A stretch of 64,000 nt of DNA from an uncultured Clostridium sp. GTDB lineage: Bacteria; Bacillota; Clostridia; TANB77; CAG-508. Position 1 is the first letter of the stretch, and each line of letters opens with the position of its first letter. Under the pieces are notes generated by a model. The model was not told the origin of the DNA, searched no databases, and saw only the letters and a list, made by a program, of their open reading frames with translations. The stretch is from contig CAYMXX010000001.1 of assembly GCA_964394545.1 (NCBI GenBank), positions 3,088 through 67,087 of the forward strand, given 5' to 3'. A program made the position numbers and the translations under genes. Positions 51,905 through 62,537 of this stretch are shown here, piece after piece.

Positions 51905-52462
51905 CTATTCCTCCTCTATCAATTTTATATATTTTCTATTTATAAGTAAAATTCCTACATTGTAATTTGTAGGAACTTTATGTTTTGTTTCTATTGTATC
52001 TGTATTTATAGGTAATTCCACATAATTTCTGCGAATTAATGTTGTACCAAAATTATAAGGCAAATCTAACACAGTATTCATTTCTTTAAAATATTGATCT
52101 ATATCAAACAATATTTTTTCAAGTATATTTGCTTGTTCATAATTCATTGTATTATTATAGACTATTGTTTCTGTAATAATCCCATAGCAAAAATCCTTTA
52201 ATTTATCAATATTATGTCTTATTCTATCTATTTGAGCTCTAGTTGGATACTCTTTTAAATTCCAATTAGTTTTTATGTTGAGAGTTTCAGCAAATCCATA
52301 ATTTGATAGAATATTCATTAAATGTTGACACCATTGTTCTACTCTATTTAAATCAGTATAATTATAACTGCCTTTTAAATATTCACTATTGTTTGGATTA
52401 TTAATAGCTTTTTCTACATCGCTTAATAATCTATCAAAAATCAAATCATCCATTGCTTTCAT
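51905..52462 (-). CDS. hypothetical tail protein
   Basis: 185 aa, operon position. Confidence 0.3.
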   Translation of the reverse strand: MKAMDDLIFDRLLSDVEKAINNPNNSEYLKGSYNYTDLNRVEQWCQHLMNILSNYGFAETLNIKTNWNLKEYPTRAQIDRIRHNIDKLKDFCYGIITETIVYNNTMNYEQANILEKILFDIDQYFKEMNTVLDLPYNFGTTLIRRNYVELPINTDTIETKHKVPTNYNVGILLINRKYIKLIEEE

Positions 52463-54248
52463 CTCCTTTGCTTATCAATTTAACATAAGTATTTCTTATT
52501 AACATTGAACCTATATCAATATTTAAGTTTACTTCTCTTTGTACTGTTAATAATCTAACTCTTGCATTTATTTCTCCACTTGCTATAAATCCACCTGTTA
52601 AATCAATATCCAGTTTCTTAATATGACCAACTAATTGCCTACTAAAATCATCACTTTCTATTGCTACATCTTCCGTTAATTGCTCTCCTTGTGAAATAAA
52701 ATCAAATCCTGTTGTATATGTATCCTTATAATAGTCTAATACCTTTTTAGCAATAGTTTGTGCATTATTCTTATTTATGAAATAAGCAGATTCTATTTTT
52801 AATGTATTAGATTTGTTTGATTCATTTATGTTTTCTAATTCAACAGCCATTATTTGTGTATTATCCACATACTTATGTCCAATAATTATAATTTCTTTTT
52901 CAGTAGCACAATTTACAATAGCATAATTGCAATTATATTCTTTTATTGTTCCTCCTGTACAAGATATATCACATACAGGTTTATCAAATAATACTTTATT
53001 ATCTCCTGCATTTAATGTTCCCTTATATACTTCTTCATTTTCTGTACTTTTTATATAATTATGTGCTGTTATTGCAACATGAGTAACAATATCGTTTTGT
53101 TCTACTGTTTTTGTTCCTTGGAATATATTAGTTTGTTCAATAGTGTTGTTATCCTCTTTATCCACAATTGTATATATTTTTATTTTGTTACTTCTGCTAC
53201 AATCAATTACCGCACCTATTGCAAATACAATTTGCTGTAAAGCTTTTCTATGACTACATACAGGAATATATCCTGTCATTTTTATTTTTTTCAAATCATC
53301 TTGTATTTCTATATTTGCATCCTCAACTTTTGCAGAAGTCATTATTTCTTTGATTATATCTTCAAAATTAACATTAAAATACATTCCACCATCAAAATCA
53401 GTTTTATCAATAATTCCAATTAAATCTATTGCTTTAAATTGCATTATTTTATTATCTTTATTTTTCCATGTGTCAAGATAAAATGTTCCCATATCAATTT
53501 CTTTATTTTGTTTTAATAGTATTTCTTTTACTTTAAAAGCCTGTCTTTCCTGCAATAAACTATAAAATCCTGTAGGATTTATGATATTAAATTCATCATC
53601 TACAGAATAAACTGTAAAATCTAATGTGTTTATACTTAATTCTGAACTTAATAAATCCATTTCTTCAAGTATATTAGCACTCATTAAATTATCGCCCTCA
53701 AATATTTTATCAGCACCATATTGTATCTGATATAATTTCAAGTATCTATATGGATTATTTGTACTACAAAACACAATCACTATTTTTTGATAATTTTCAA
53801 CAACATTATTACATACATATTGATAATTATCAGGATAGAAATCTGCTTCATTTATTAATTGATTATCTTTGTCATAATATGTTAGATTTATATGATTACA
53901 ATAATCTCCAGTTTTACTAAATAGAAATGTTAATCCTAAACTACTATGTGGCTTTGTAAAATTAATCTCCAGTATTGGTGGCTTTTCAAACAGACCATTT
54001 TCGTTGCTCATACTGCTAGACCATAAGCACATATTATCTAATTTTTCTGGCATTAATTCAAAAGTACCATCTAAAGCAAATTGATTTTTTTCACAAGTTC
54101 CATATTTAATTTCTTCTATGTTATCTTGCTTCAGATCATTTAAATTTACAAATTCCTGCTTGTCGTTGGTAGTTAAATTGCTATCTTTTTTCGCTGTAAC
54201 ATCAATGAATCCAAATATTATTTGAGCTTTTGTTTTCATAACTATCAA
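52446..54248 (-). CDS. tail-associated/distal tail (Tal-like) structural protein
   Basis: 600 aa after Dit-position gene. Confidence 0.45.
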   Translation of the reverse strand: MIVMKTKAQIIFGFIDVTAKKDSNLTTNDKQEFVNLNDLKQDNIEEIKYGTCEKNQFALDGTFELMPEKLDNMCLWSSSMSNENGLFEKPPILEINFTKPHSSLGLTFLFSKTGDYCNHINLTYYDKDNQLINEADFYPDNYQYVCNNVVENYQKIVIVFCSTNNPYRYLKLYQIQYGADKIFEGDNLMSANILEEMDLLSSELSINTLDFTVYSVDDEFNIINPTGFYSLLQERQAFKVKEILLKQNKEIDMGTFYLDTWKNKDNKIMQFKAIDLIGIIDKTDFDGGMYFNVNFEDIIKEIMTSAKVEDANIEIQDDLKKIKMTGYIPVCSHRKALQQIVFAIGAVIDCSRSNKIKIYTIVDKEDNNTIEQTNIFQGTKTVEQNDIVTHVAITAHNYIKSTENEEVYKGTLNAGDNKVLFDKPVCDISCTGGTIKEYNCNYAIVNCATEKEIIIIGHKYVDNTQIMAVELENINESNKSNTLKIESAYFINKNNAQTIAKKVLDYYKDTYTTGFDFISQGEQLTEDVAIESDDFSRQLVGHIKKLDIDLTGGFIASGEINARVRLLTVQREVNLNIDIGSMLIRNTYVKLISKGDESNG

Positions 54249-54631
54249 CTCCTTGCTGGCTTTTTAGCCGTAAAGTTCACTGTCATATCTTTTCTATATG
54301 CTCGATCATTTTCGAAACCATAAATAACTCTTGATACATTATTAAAATAGGCTTTAAATTCAAAATTTGCAATTTTTATTTGATGAAATTCTTCAGGTTC
54401 TGTTAATTTATCCCAAAGTTTTTCAAATTCCTCATAATTGTCATCAGTTTGAGGTTCAAATTTAATGTCAGAAAAATTGAAATATACACCTATTAGTTCT
54501 CTTTTTAAATCGCCATCTTCTGTTCTATTAGCATATTTATCTAAAAAATCTGCTGCTTCTTTTATATTAGCAAATACACCAATATTATAAGTTGTCCCAT
54601 CTATTACTATAAAGTCATATCTTTCTATCAT
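54245..54631 (-). CDS. distal tail protein-position hypothetical
   Basis: 128 aa directly after TMP. Confidence 0.35.
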   Translation of the reverse strand: MIERYDFIVIDGTTYNIGVFANIKEAADFLDKYANRTEDGDLKRELIGVYFNFSDIKFEPQTDDNYEEFEKLWDKLTEPEEFHQIKIANFEFKAYFNNVSRVIYGFENDRAYRKDMTVNFTAKKPARS

Positions 54632-57618
54632 TAATTTGCACCTCCCACTATCAATTTATCGCCTTTTCTTATATTTTCTTTATCAAGTTCAGGCTTTAGA
54701 ACTCTAATTAATTGTGATAAAGAACCATCGAATTTTAATATAATATCTCGATTACTATTATTATTTTGATTACTATTATCTTGATCCTTAAACATTTTTA
54801 AGGCAGTTAATATCATGTCTAACATTTTATCTTCAGGAGCAACTACCTCGCCTTGATGTTTATTATCACCAATCATTGCAAGTTGTGGTGTATTAGCTTT
54901 TACATACCCACCTTCAGCAAGTCTTGGAATATTTAAAGTATTTAATTTTGAAATATTAACTCCTGGAATTGCATTGATTACACCTATTGCACCATTTATC
55001 ATGTTTATAAATTTATTTACTATGTTTTCAATCATTCCTAAAACACCATTAATACCACTTTTTACTGCTCCGCTTATTGCATCTCCTATTTTTGTACCTA
55101 AAGCACTAAAAGTATTTTTAATATTGTTCCATATTCCACTAAAGAAAGTTCCAATATTTCTAAATATACTTGTAATTCTGTTGTAGGCTGTTTGGAAATT
55201 ATTTATTATTCCATTTTTTATACTAGATACTGCATTACTGATACTATTTTTAATCCCATTCCAAATACTAGATACTGTATTCTTTATACCATTAAATATA
55301 TTTGATATTACAGTCTTAATAGCATTGAATACTGTGGTTACAATTCCCTTTATTATATTTACAGCTGTTTCAACAACTCCTTTTATTGCATTCCATATTG
55401 TTTCAAAAAATCCTTTAATAGCATTCCATATTCCAATAAAAAATGTCTTTATTCCTTCCCAAGCTTTGTTCCAGTCCCCTGTAAAAATACCTACTATAAA
55501 ATCTATTAACCCTTTAAATGTTTGTATGATTCCACCTATTGTATCAGCAATAGAGCCAAAAACACTTGTAATAGTATTCCATATACTTTCAAAGATAGGG
55601 ACTAATACAGGAATAATATTTGCAACAATCCAATCTACTAATGGTTTTATCCAGTTTTCCCATAATACCTTTATTGCATCTACAACACTACCTATTAAAC
55701 CTGCAATATTGTCTACAAATGGTTTTAAATGAGTAGTCCATAGTTCATTAAATTTGTCTGCCATATTTTGTATAAATGGTACAACATAGGTATTATATAC
55801 ATCTAGAAATTTACCAAATGTATCACTTAAACCTATTTTTATACTTTCCATTAAAGGATGTATGTGTTGGTCATATACCTCATTCCATTTATCGCCAACA
55901 TAAGTCATTGCTTCTGCTAAAGTTCCAGTTATCGTTTGAATTGGTGTTAATAAATTGTTAAAAGTTTCTTTTAGTTTATTAGCATTATCAATAATTGGTT
56001 GGAATAATATTGCTTTTACCTCTTTTACAAATTTAGAACAAACTTCAGTTATACTCATTATTGGATTAGCAAACATTGCAATAATATTTGCACCAATTTG
56101 TTTTGCTTGGTCTCCTTTAAATATATCTGATATTTCTCCCAATGCTTGATATAAACTTCCTGTTAAAGCCATATCTTCACTTGAGATATCAAACATATTG
56201 CATATATGTGTTTTTATTCTATCTACATATTGTTCTAAATATATATCAATACTTCCAACAAACAATTCTGCAATATTTGTTCCTATTCTAGCAACACTGC
56301 CTACTGCTTGTCCTAAAGAATATAAACAAGTATCAACCCATTGTTGTGCTGAATTTACTACTTCTGTGTCTGTCCATATACTAACAACAGTATTTTTTAA
56401 ATTATTTAGATGTGTTAATATTCCATCAAAGTTTGTATTTCCAAAACTAATATCAAATCCTTCTTTAAATATACTTGCTAATTCTTTAACTCTATCTATT
56501 AAACCTTCAAACATTGATGTATCTTCTTGAATTGTGCTTGATACATCTAATGTATCTGTTAAACCTGATGCACTTCCTGAACTTCCACTTCCTGAACTTG
56601 AACTATCTGTATCTTTTGATAATACATTTAAATTATCAAAAGTTGCTAAATTATTTGAATCTTTTGCAGCTTTTTTAGCACTACTGCCCACATCTGAAAT
56701 AGCATCAGATGCTCCACTTGCATTTTCAGCAATATCACTTATTCCACCTGATACTGTTTCAACACTATCAGCTTTTAATCCAAATAAGGACAAAAGCCCT
56801 GAAAGAACTGTGAACAATTTGGTAACTGCATTTACTGCTGATGTAATAATAGGAATAAATAATTTTGCTAATGGTTGAATTGCATTTCCAATAGCAGTTT
56901 TCATATTTGTAAAAGCTGTATTTAATTGTGCAACTTTGCCTGAATAAGTATTAGCATAAATAGCAGCATCATTACTTTGGAATTTTGTTTCTTCTAATAT
57001 TCCATTTACTTCTGCTTGTATTTTTTCTGCTTGTGTAAGATTATTTGTTGTTTTACCGATTGATTTTGCATAATCTTCCCACATTTTTGCTACATTCTTT
57101 GTTACACCTGCATTATCTACAACAACTGAATTTTCATTTTTCAAACCTTCTGTTGCTGTCTGTACTGCATCGCCAAGCGAATATGTACTTTGTCTTGCAA
57201 ATGTTGCACTATTTTTTAATGCATTCATTGTTTTTTGTATTTGGTCAGAACTATATCCTCTTAATGCTAAATTCTTATATGCTCCAACTGCATTGTTTAA
57301 TGGTACTAAACCATCTGATATATAATCATTTATAAACTTTTTTGCCTGTTCAAAGTTTTTTCCCTGTCCTGTTAATATAGAATTTAATCCTATCCATGCA
57401 TTCGAGGTTTCTGTTGCTACATTTAAACATTCTTTACCAAATTTAACTATTGCTGTTACTGAAAAAGCTGTTATAACTGCTTTTCCTATTTTAGACAATG
57501 TTGATGAGATTTTAGTAGATGCTTTATCAGCTTGTGTATCTACATCTTTTAATTGTGAATTGAATTTATCACTATTTAAAATTAAACTTAAATCAATTTC
57601 TCCTACATTTGTACTCAA
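54631..57618 (-). CDS. tail tape measure protein
   Basis: 995 aa, TM-rich C-terminal repeats (GIWNAIKG..), follows TAC pair. Confidence 0.8.
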   Translation of the reverse strand: MSTNVGEIDLSLILNSDKFNSQLKDVDTQADKASTKISSTLSKIGKAVITAFSVTAIVKFGKECLNVATETSNAWIGLNSILTGQGKNFEQAKKFINDYISDGLVPLNNAVGAYKNLALRGYSSDQIQKTMNALKNSATFARQSTYSLGDAVQTATEGLKNENSVVVDNAGVTKNVAKMWEDYAKSIGKTTNNLTQAEKIQAEVNGILEETKFQSNDAAIYANTYSGKVAQLNTAFTNMKTAIGNAIQPLAKLFIPIITSAVNAVTKLFTVLSGLLSLFGLKADSVETVSGGISDIAENASGASDAISDVGSSAKKAAKDSNNLATFDNLNVLSKDTDSSSSGSGSSGSASGLTDTLDVSSTIQEDTSMFEGLIDRVKELASIFKEGFDISFGNTNFDGILTHLNNLKNTVVSIWTDTEVVNSAQQWVDTCLYSLGQAVGSVARIGTNIAELFVGSIDIYLEQYVDRIKTHICNMFDISSEDMALTGSLYQALGEISDIFKGDQAKQIGANIIAMFANPIMSITEVCSKFVKEVKAILFQPIIDNANKLKETFNNLLTPIQTITGTLAEAMTYVGDKWNEVYDQHIHPLMESIKIGLSDTFGKFLDVYNTYVVPFIQNMADKFNELWTTHLKPFVDNIAGLIGSVVDAIKVLWENWIKPLVDWIVANIIPVLVPIFESIWNTITSVFGSIADTIGGIIQTFKGLIDFIVGIFTGDWNKAWEGIKTFFIGIWNAIKGFFETIWNAIKGVVETAVNIIKGIVTTVFNAIKTVISNIFNGIKNTVSSIWNGIKNSISNAVSSIKNGIINNFQTAYNRITSIFRNIGTFFSGIWNNIKNTFSALGTKIGDAISGAVKSGINGVLGMIENIVNKFINMINGAIGVINAIPGVNISKLNTLNIPRLAEGGYVKANTPQLAMIGDNKHQGEVVAPEDKMLDMILTALKMFKDQDNSNQNNNSNRDIILKFDGSLSQLIRVLKPELDKENIRKGDKLIVGGAN

Positions 57619-57629
57619 AATATCTCACC

Positions 57630-58013
57630 TCACTTTTTTGCCATATTTTTAAACATATTTTTTATATCTTCCATTGCTTGTTTGTAATTTTCAGGACTTA
57701 CTTTAGAAGCGGATTTATTTTGCCATTCATTTCTTATCTTCATTTCTTCAGCAGTAAATTTCTTTATTATTTCAGGATCTGTCTCTTTTCTAATCCTTAC
57801 AATATTACCCAGTGGAGTATCTCCATTAAGTCCTGCAATATCACTGCTTAATTCTCCCCAACACAAACTTTTTATTTCTTTTCTTACACTGTATCCATAT
57901 TGTGTTTTTAAGCTTGATGCTATTAAATCCCAATCATCAAACAAGTCATATCCTGGATCGTATGTAGAGGTGTTATTGAAATCGTTTCTCCATTTCCTCA
58001 TAACTTTCTTCAC
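57630..58013 (-). CDS. tail assembly chaperone, frameshift/extension ORF (in +1 frame relative to upstream chaperone)
   Basis: starts GTG immediately after in-frame stop, no RBS, overlaps 57973-58293 by 41 nt. Confidence 0.45.
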   Translation of the reverse strand: MKKVMRKWRNDFNNTSTYDPGYDLFDDWDLIASSLKTQYGYSVRKEIKSLCWGELSSDIAGLNGDTPLGNIVRIRKETDPEIIKKFTAEEMKIRNEWQNKSASKVSPENYKQAMEDIKNMFKNMAKK

Positions 58014-58293
58014 TTACAATTGCTGATAATGCTGTTACAACTGCTTTTAATCCTTTTATTGTAAGTTTCATTCCTCTAATTTCTTCTAAAGCTTCTTTTC
58101 CCATAAGCATTTCTATCATTTCGTACATTGTCGCAATAGAAAATTCTTGATTTTTTATTTTTTCTTGAACTAATAAATAGTTGTCTGCACTCGTGTCTAC
58201 TTCATAAACCTTTCCTTCTGCAATTTTTATTGTTGCTTTTTCAAGCCCTAATTTTGAACTAATATCAATTTGTGCCATTTTAAATTCCTCCAT
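57973..58293 (-). CDS. tail assembly chaperone
   Basis: 106 aa between major tail and TMP. Confidence 0.5.
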   Translation of the reverse strand: MEEFKMAQIDISSKLGLEKATIKIAEGKVYEVDTSADNYLLVQEKIKNQEFSIATMYEMIEMLMGKEALEEIRGMKLTIKGLKAVVTALSAIVSEESYEEMEKRFQ

Positions 58294-58299
58294 TATTCA

Positions 58300-58350
58300 T
58301 ATTTTTTTATAAAAAAAATAAGCCCCAGTAGATAACTACTGAGGCATTTT
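58300..58350 (-). terminator. rho-independent terminator after major tail gene
   Basis: GCCTCAGTAG-ttat-CTACTGGGGC then T-run on minus strand. Confidence 0.45.
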
Positions 58351-58800
58351 TTATCCTGCTGGTGTTACAGTTGGTTTTCCGTTTGACATAACCTCAAATT
58401 CTAAAGGTGCAACATTTGTACTATCTCCTGTTCCTGCATTGCTTACAGATATTAAGCAATCGAATTTAACAGTTGTACCATCTGCAAATTCCCACTCAAA
58501 TTTAGATTCAACATCTTTTCCTGTTGCAAACAATTTAGAAGCAACATAATCGTTTCCATCATCTCCAACATTTCTTTTTCCTGAAATGCTTATAGAGAAG
58601 CCTTTGCCTGTTTGCATTCTTCTAATCCAACCTTCTGTTGTCATAGGTGTCCATTCTTCAACATTATTGTCCATTGATAATGAAAATGTTTCGCAATCTG
58701 CAATTGTTTTCATATCTTCATCAGATGAAGTTGCACCTTTTGTACCAATCTTAAATATATTATCAAATACTGGATATACTCCACTTGTTACATTTGACAT
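58351..58800 (-). CDS. major tail protein
   Basis: 149 aa, precedes chaperones, followed by terminator. Confidence 0.55.
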   Translation of the reverse strand: MSNVTSGVYPVFDNIFKIGTKGATSSDEDMKTIADCETFSLSMDNNVEEWTPMTTEGWIRRMQTGKGFSISISGKRNVGDDGNDYVASKLFATGKDVESKFEWEFADGTTVKFDCLISVSNAGTGDSTNVAPLEFEVMSNGKPTVTPAG

Positions 58801-58803
58801 GAG

Positions 58804-59223
58804 CTATTCCTCCTTTTTTTCATAATAAAAAATTGCTTGTATAACCCTTTCATAAATGTTTTTTTCATCTGTTCCAACATCTACAGGTTCAGGGACAAGC
58901 AATCTAATGTAATTTACTTTTATTTCATTTATAATAAAATTTCTTGATTCTAAAAATTTATTATAAAGTTCTATTGACTTTTGTTCAGTTTCTTTTGCAT
59001 TGGTATTCCAATGAATTAAAATACTAACTGATTTTTCTTGAATTTTTGTATTATCAATTCCACCTATTGCAACATTAGCTTGATTGCTAGTTTTCAATTG
59101 ATATACTCCAATAGATTCATCTTTTTTATTATCTAATTTTCCTATATAGTGTTTATCATCTGCAGTTATTTTAAGAGTTTTTATCCAATCTCTTATATCT
59201 GCTAGCCCTAATATTTTACTCAT
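58804..59223 (-). CDS. tail completion/neck protein
   Basis: operon position. Confidence 0.35.
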   Translation of the reverse strand: MSKILGLADIRDWIKTLKITADDKHYIGKLDNKKDESIGVYQLKTSNQANVAIGGIDNTKIQEKSVSILIHWNTNAKETEQKSIELYNKFLESRNFIINEIKVNYIRLLVPEPVDVGTDEKNIYERVIQAIFYYEKKEE

Positions 59224-59603
59224 TTTAAGCCAGCCTCCTTTTTATAAAATTGAGCAAATGCATTCTTGCAAAAGTTTTTATTTTTACCACTAATCCAAGG
59301 CTCTAACCAGTTTCCTTGTGCATTTGGATTTTCTTTTGTTTGGAAATTATATTCAGGATGATAATACATTCTTCTAGCATAAGGTGTAGATGTTATCAAA
59401 CTAACCTTACCTTTACTGCTATTTGAATAATCTTCATAAGTATTATCGTTCTGCATATTTCCTGTATCAAAAGGCATTACTTGAGCATTTACTACTTCAG
59501 TATGCAAAGCACTTACAGTCTTTTCTAATGAAGTTATAGATGCTTTACTTAATTGATTTATTTTAGGTACATTTAATTTAATTTTTGAAGATACACAATT
59601 CAT
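59220..59603 (-). CDS. HK97 gp10-like tail component
   Basis: operon position. Confidence 0.35.
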   Translation of the reverse strand: MNCVSSKIKLNVPKINQLSKASITSLEKTVSALHTEVVNAQVMPFDTGNMQNDNTYEDYSNSSKGKVSLITSTPYARRMYYHPEYNFQTKENPNAQGNWLEPWISGKNKNFCKNAFAQFYKKEAGLK

Positions 59604-59944
59604 TATTGTAACTCCAATTTAATGTAATTTACTGTACCATCAGGATTTCTTGCTTTTGTTCCTTGGTATATCTGTCTTGTCTCTCCAAATATAGTTACTT
59701 TACCACCTGAAATAACAGGTATATCAGGTGCAAAATCTTCGTAAAACAAAGCCACACCATTTATTTGGATTATAACTTTTTCAGTAGATAGAACTCTTTT
59801 TGCACTATCCTGGTAATTACATTTTAAATTCTTATCCAGTATAATTTCAGGAGCACCATCTTCTGTTGTTCCTTCTCCATATAAAATTACATGAATGTCT
59901 GTTTTACATTGTTCTTTTCTTACTAATTTTGGATAATATCCCAT
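59603..59944 (-). CDS. head closure/adaptor protein
   Basis: operon position. Confidence 0.35.
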   Translation of the reverse strand: MGYYPKLVRKEQCKTDIHVILYGEGTTEDGAPEIILDKNLKCNYQDSAKRVLSTEKVIIQINGVALFYEDFAPDIPVISGGKVTIFGETRQIYQGTKARNPDGTVNYIKLELQ

Positions 59945-59945
59945 A

Positions 59946-60329
59946 TTACCACCTCAAATTTCTACAAGTTAATCCAGTTTGTGACAACAAACTATAATAA
60001 TCTTTAGGTATAGCAACACCATTTTGTATTTCTATATTCCAACTTGCACTAAAACTCGCTGATACTCCATTTATTGAATAACTATTTAATGGCGACTTAA
60101 GTAAATCTGCATTTTCATATTCAAAATCAGCAAGTTTGCATACAACTTCTTTTATAATATCTTGTTGGAACTTTGTTAAATTTTCAAACCCTTTACCAAC
60201 TATACGATTATAAGTTAAAGTATCAATATGCATACTTGCTTCTTTTAAACTTTTTTCAATTTCATTTTCAGGAAGTATTTGTCCCTTATATTCTTTCTTG
60301 TAATAAGTTATATCTGCATATATGCTCAT
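59946..60329 (-). CDS. head-tail connector (gp6-like)
   Basis: 127 aa directly after capsid. Confidence 0.4.
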   Translation of the reverse strand: MSIYADITYYKKEYKGQILPENEIEKSLKEASMHIDTLTYNRIVGKGFENLTKFQQDIIKEVVCKLADFEYENADLLKSPLNSYSINGVSASFSASWNIEIQNGVAIPKDYYSLLSQTGLTCRNLRW

Positions 60330-60342
60330 ATAACATCAACTC

Positions 60343-61245
60343 CTATGCATTTCTTTCTATATAGAATTGAATAGCATCGTGTTTTTTATTAAAGATGAAT
60401 ACATCCTCAAATGATTCTTCAAAATATGTCCATTTACCTTGTGATAATGAACTTGGAGCACCTAATTGAGCAAAATCATAAGCAATTACTGGAATTACTA
60501 CAGAAGGATGCACTAATATCATTTTTACCTCTTTTGCACTTGCGTCAACTTCAAATCCATCATCAGTAAATTTATAAGCTGATTTCATTGCAGATTTAGG
60601 AACACCGATTACCTCAACTTCTCCAATTCTATCTAATGATCTAGCAACTGCTGTATCTTGTGCAGATAAATTTCTAGCAGCTTCTTTGGCTGTATCAATT
60701 AATGTTTTTGTTGGAGTATCAGCATATAGTAATCTTCCTGCTGCTGGAACTCTTTTTTCATCCATCTTATCCATCATGGCATCAAATTTTGTTAATACAT
60801 TTGCTAATGTAAGAACTTCATCTTCTGTTATAGTTTCAATTTCATTTTTTAAAGCATATAATGCTGTTATCATTTCAGCATCCATTTCAGGGAATTTTTG
60901 TTCCTCATTCATAACTTTAGTTATATTTTGAATTGTAGCAACATGGTTTGTTTCCTCTATATCTCTTGGATGAATAAGAGTATCCCATGTTCTATGTGTT
61001 TTTAATTTCTTTGGTTCTTCATCATTATTGAAGTTCCTTCCAAAAGTACCTATTGTGTCTCTATCTCCATTTTTTCTACCTTTTACAGATAAGCTTGGTA
61101 AAATTACAGTATCATTTCTTAAAAATTTAACATCTGGTTTTACTGCACTCCATAAAGCACCAAAAAACAATGTATATGGATATGTTTGAGCTAAAGCTTG
61201 TGAATATTCTTTAGCATAATTTAATTCTGTTTTTTCAAAACTCAT
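60343..61245 (-). CDS. major capsid protein
   Basis: 300 aa after scaffold. Confidence 0.6.
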   Translation of the reverse strand: MSFEKTELNYAKEYSQALAQTYPYTLFFGALWSAVKPDVKFLRNDTVILPSLSVKGRKNGDRDTIGTFGRNFNNDEEPKKLKTHRTWDTLIHPRDIEETNHVATIQNITKVMNEEQKFPEMDAEMITALYALKNEIETITEDEVLTLANVLTKFDAMMDKMDEKRVPAAGRLLYADTPTKTLIDTAKEAARNLSAQDTAVARSLDRIGEVEVIGVPKSAMKSAYKFTDDGFEVDASAKEVKMILVHPSVVIPVIAYDFAQLGAPSSLSQGKWTYFEESFEDVFIFNKKHDAIQFYIERNA

Positions 61246-61265
61246 AATAAACTCCTCCTATTTTT

Positions 61266-61898
61266 TTATTTTTTTCTAGGTCTTACACCTGTAAATCCAA
61301 AATCAAATACACCATTATTTGAATTTGTACCATTATTAGTGTCAGCACCAACTGTTATTCCAACGACTCCTTGCATTTGTTTTTTTAGTCCTGGAACATC
61401 ATCAACAACCTTTTGTAAGGCTGTTTTTAAAGTGTCTTCTAATACATTTCCATCTTTACCAATGCAATTAGTAAAATCAGCCATTTTTAAAATATAAGGC
61501 ATAGTTTTGTTATCGACATTAAGATCATCCACAAAATCATAAGCTTTTTTTTCTATTTTCAATCTTTGATTTTCTAATTGAACTTTTTGTAATGATGCTT
61601 GTGTATCAGTTAGCTCTTTGCTTTGAGCATTTGCTTGATTAGCTTTTTGAGCTTTAAAAGTATTTATTGCACTTTCCATCTCTTCTGCACTCAAGCCTTG
61701 TTTTTGAAAATAGCTTTTTAATACACTATCTTCTGTCTTTGCATTTCTACCATCTATCATTTCTTGGATTTTTGCATAATCTACAACTCCATTAGATGAT
61801 TGATTTGCATTTTGATTTGTTTGTTGCCCTGTAGTGTTTTGGGCATTTGGATTTGAATTATTATTTACATTGTTATTATTTGTGTTTATTCCATCCAT
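61266..61898 (-). CDS. scaffolding protein
   Basis: N-terminal N/Q-rich then coiled-coil QKVQLENQRLKIEKK. Confidence 0.5.
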   Translation of the reverse strand: MDGINTNNNNVNNNSNPNAQNTTGQQTNQNANQSSNGVVDYAKIQEMIDGRNAKTEDSVLKSYFQKQGLSAEEMESAINTFKAQKANQANAQSKELTDTQASLQKVQLENQRLKIEKKAYDFVDDLNVDNKTMPYILKMADFTNCIGKDGNVLEDTLKTALQKVVDDVPGLKKQMQGVVGITVGADTNNGTNSNNGVFDFGFTGVRPRKK

Positions 61899-62001
61899 TC
61901 TTCACTACCTCCTACTTTTTTAAGTCTTGAAATGACTATATACACATGCTTTTAATGACATCAGTGTTTGGTCACATAAAAAAAGAGCCTTTTTTAGACT
62001 C

Positions 62002-62235
62002 TTAATTAATATCTACATAGCCTTTAGTTTTTAATTCTTTTGCTCTAGCTTTTGATATTTCATATTTTTTATTTTCTATTTTTTTAGTTTCTGTTGTTTC
62101 AGATATTACAAATATAGTATCTTTTTCATACAACTCATTTGTATATTTGTCTTTAAAATTTATATTAGCCTTTAATTCTTTTTCTTCAAGCACTTTTTCT
62201 TCCTTTACATCTTCAACTTTCTTTTTTGCCATCAA
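62002..62235 (-). CDS. hypothetical protein flanked by duplicated terminators
   Basis: 77 aa; identical AAAAAAAGAGCCTTTTTTAGACTCTT elements at 61975-62005 and 62262-62290. Confidence 0.3.
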   Translation of the reverse strand: MMAKKKVEDVKEEKVLEEKELKANINFKDKYTNELYEKDTIFVISETTETKKIENKKYEISKARAKELKTKGYVDIN

Positions 62236-62303
62236 AAACTCCCTCCTTTCTAATTTAAGTATAAAAAAAGAGCCTTTTTTAGACTCTTTTAACGCTTTTA
62301 TAT

Positions 62304-62537
62304 TTATTTAGTTTGTTCATATATATTGTCAGCAATTCTTTCAAGCAATGAGCTTTCTTCAGTTTCATTGTATCCTGGATTGCTTAAATATTCATTTGAC
62401 TTTTCATATAATAATTCCATAAATTCTATTGCTTTATTTTCTTTAATATTCTCAACATTTAATTCATTTATTAACTTATTTATTTCAGGATCATTAATTT
62501 TTTTCAATTTTTCTAAATCTTTTATATCAATTTTCAT
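62304..62537 (-). CDS. hypothetical protein
   Basis: 77 aa ORF. Confidence 0.3.
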   Translation of the reverse strand: MKIDIKDLEKLKKINDPEINKLINELNVENIKENKAIEFMELLYEKSNEYLSNPGYNETEESSLLERIADNIYEQTK

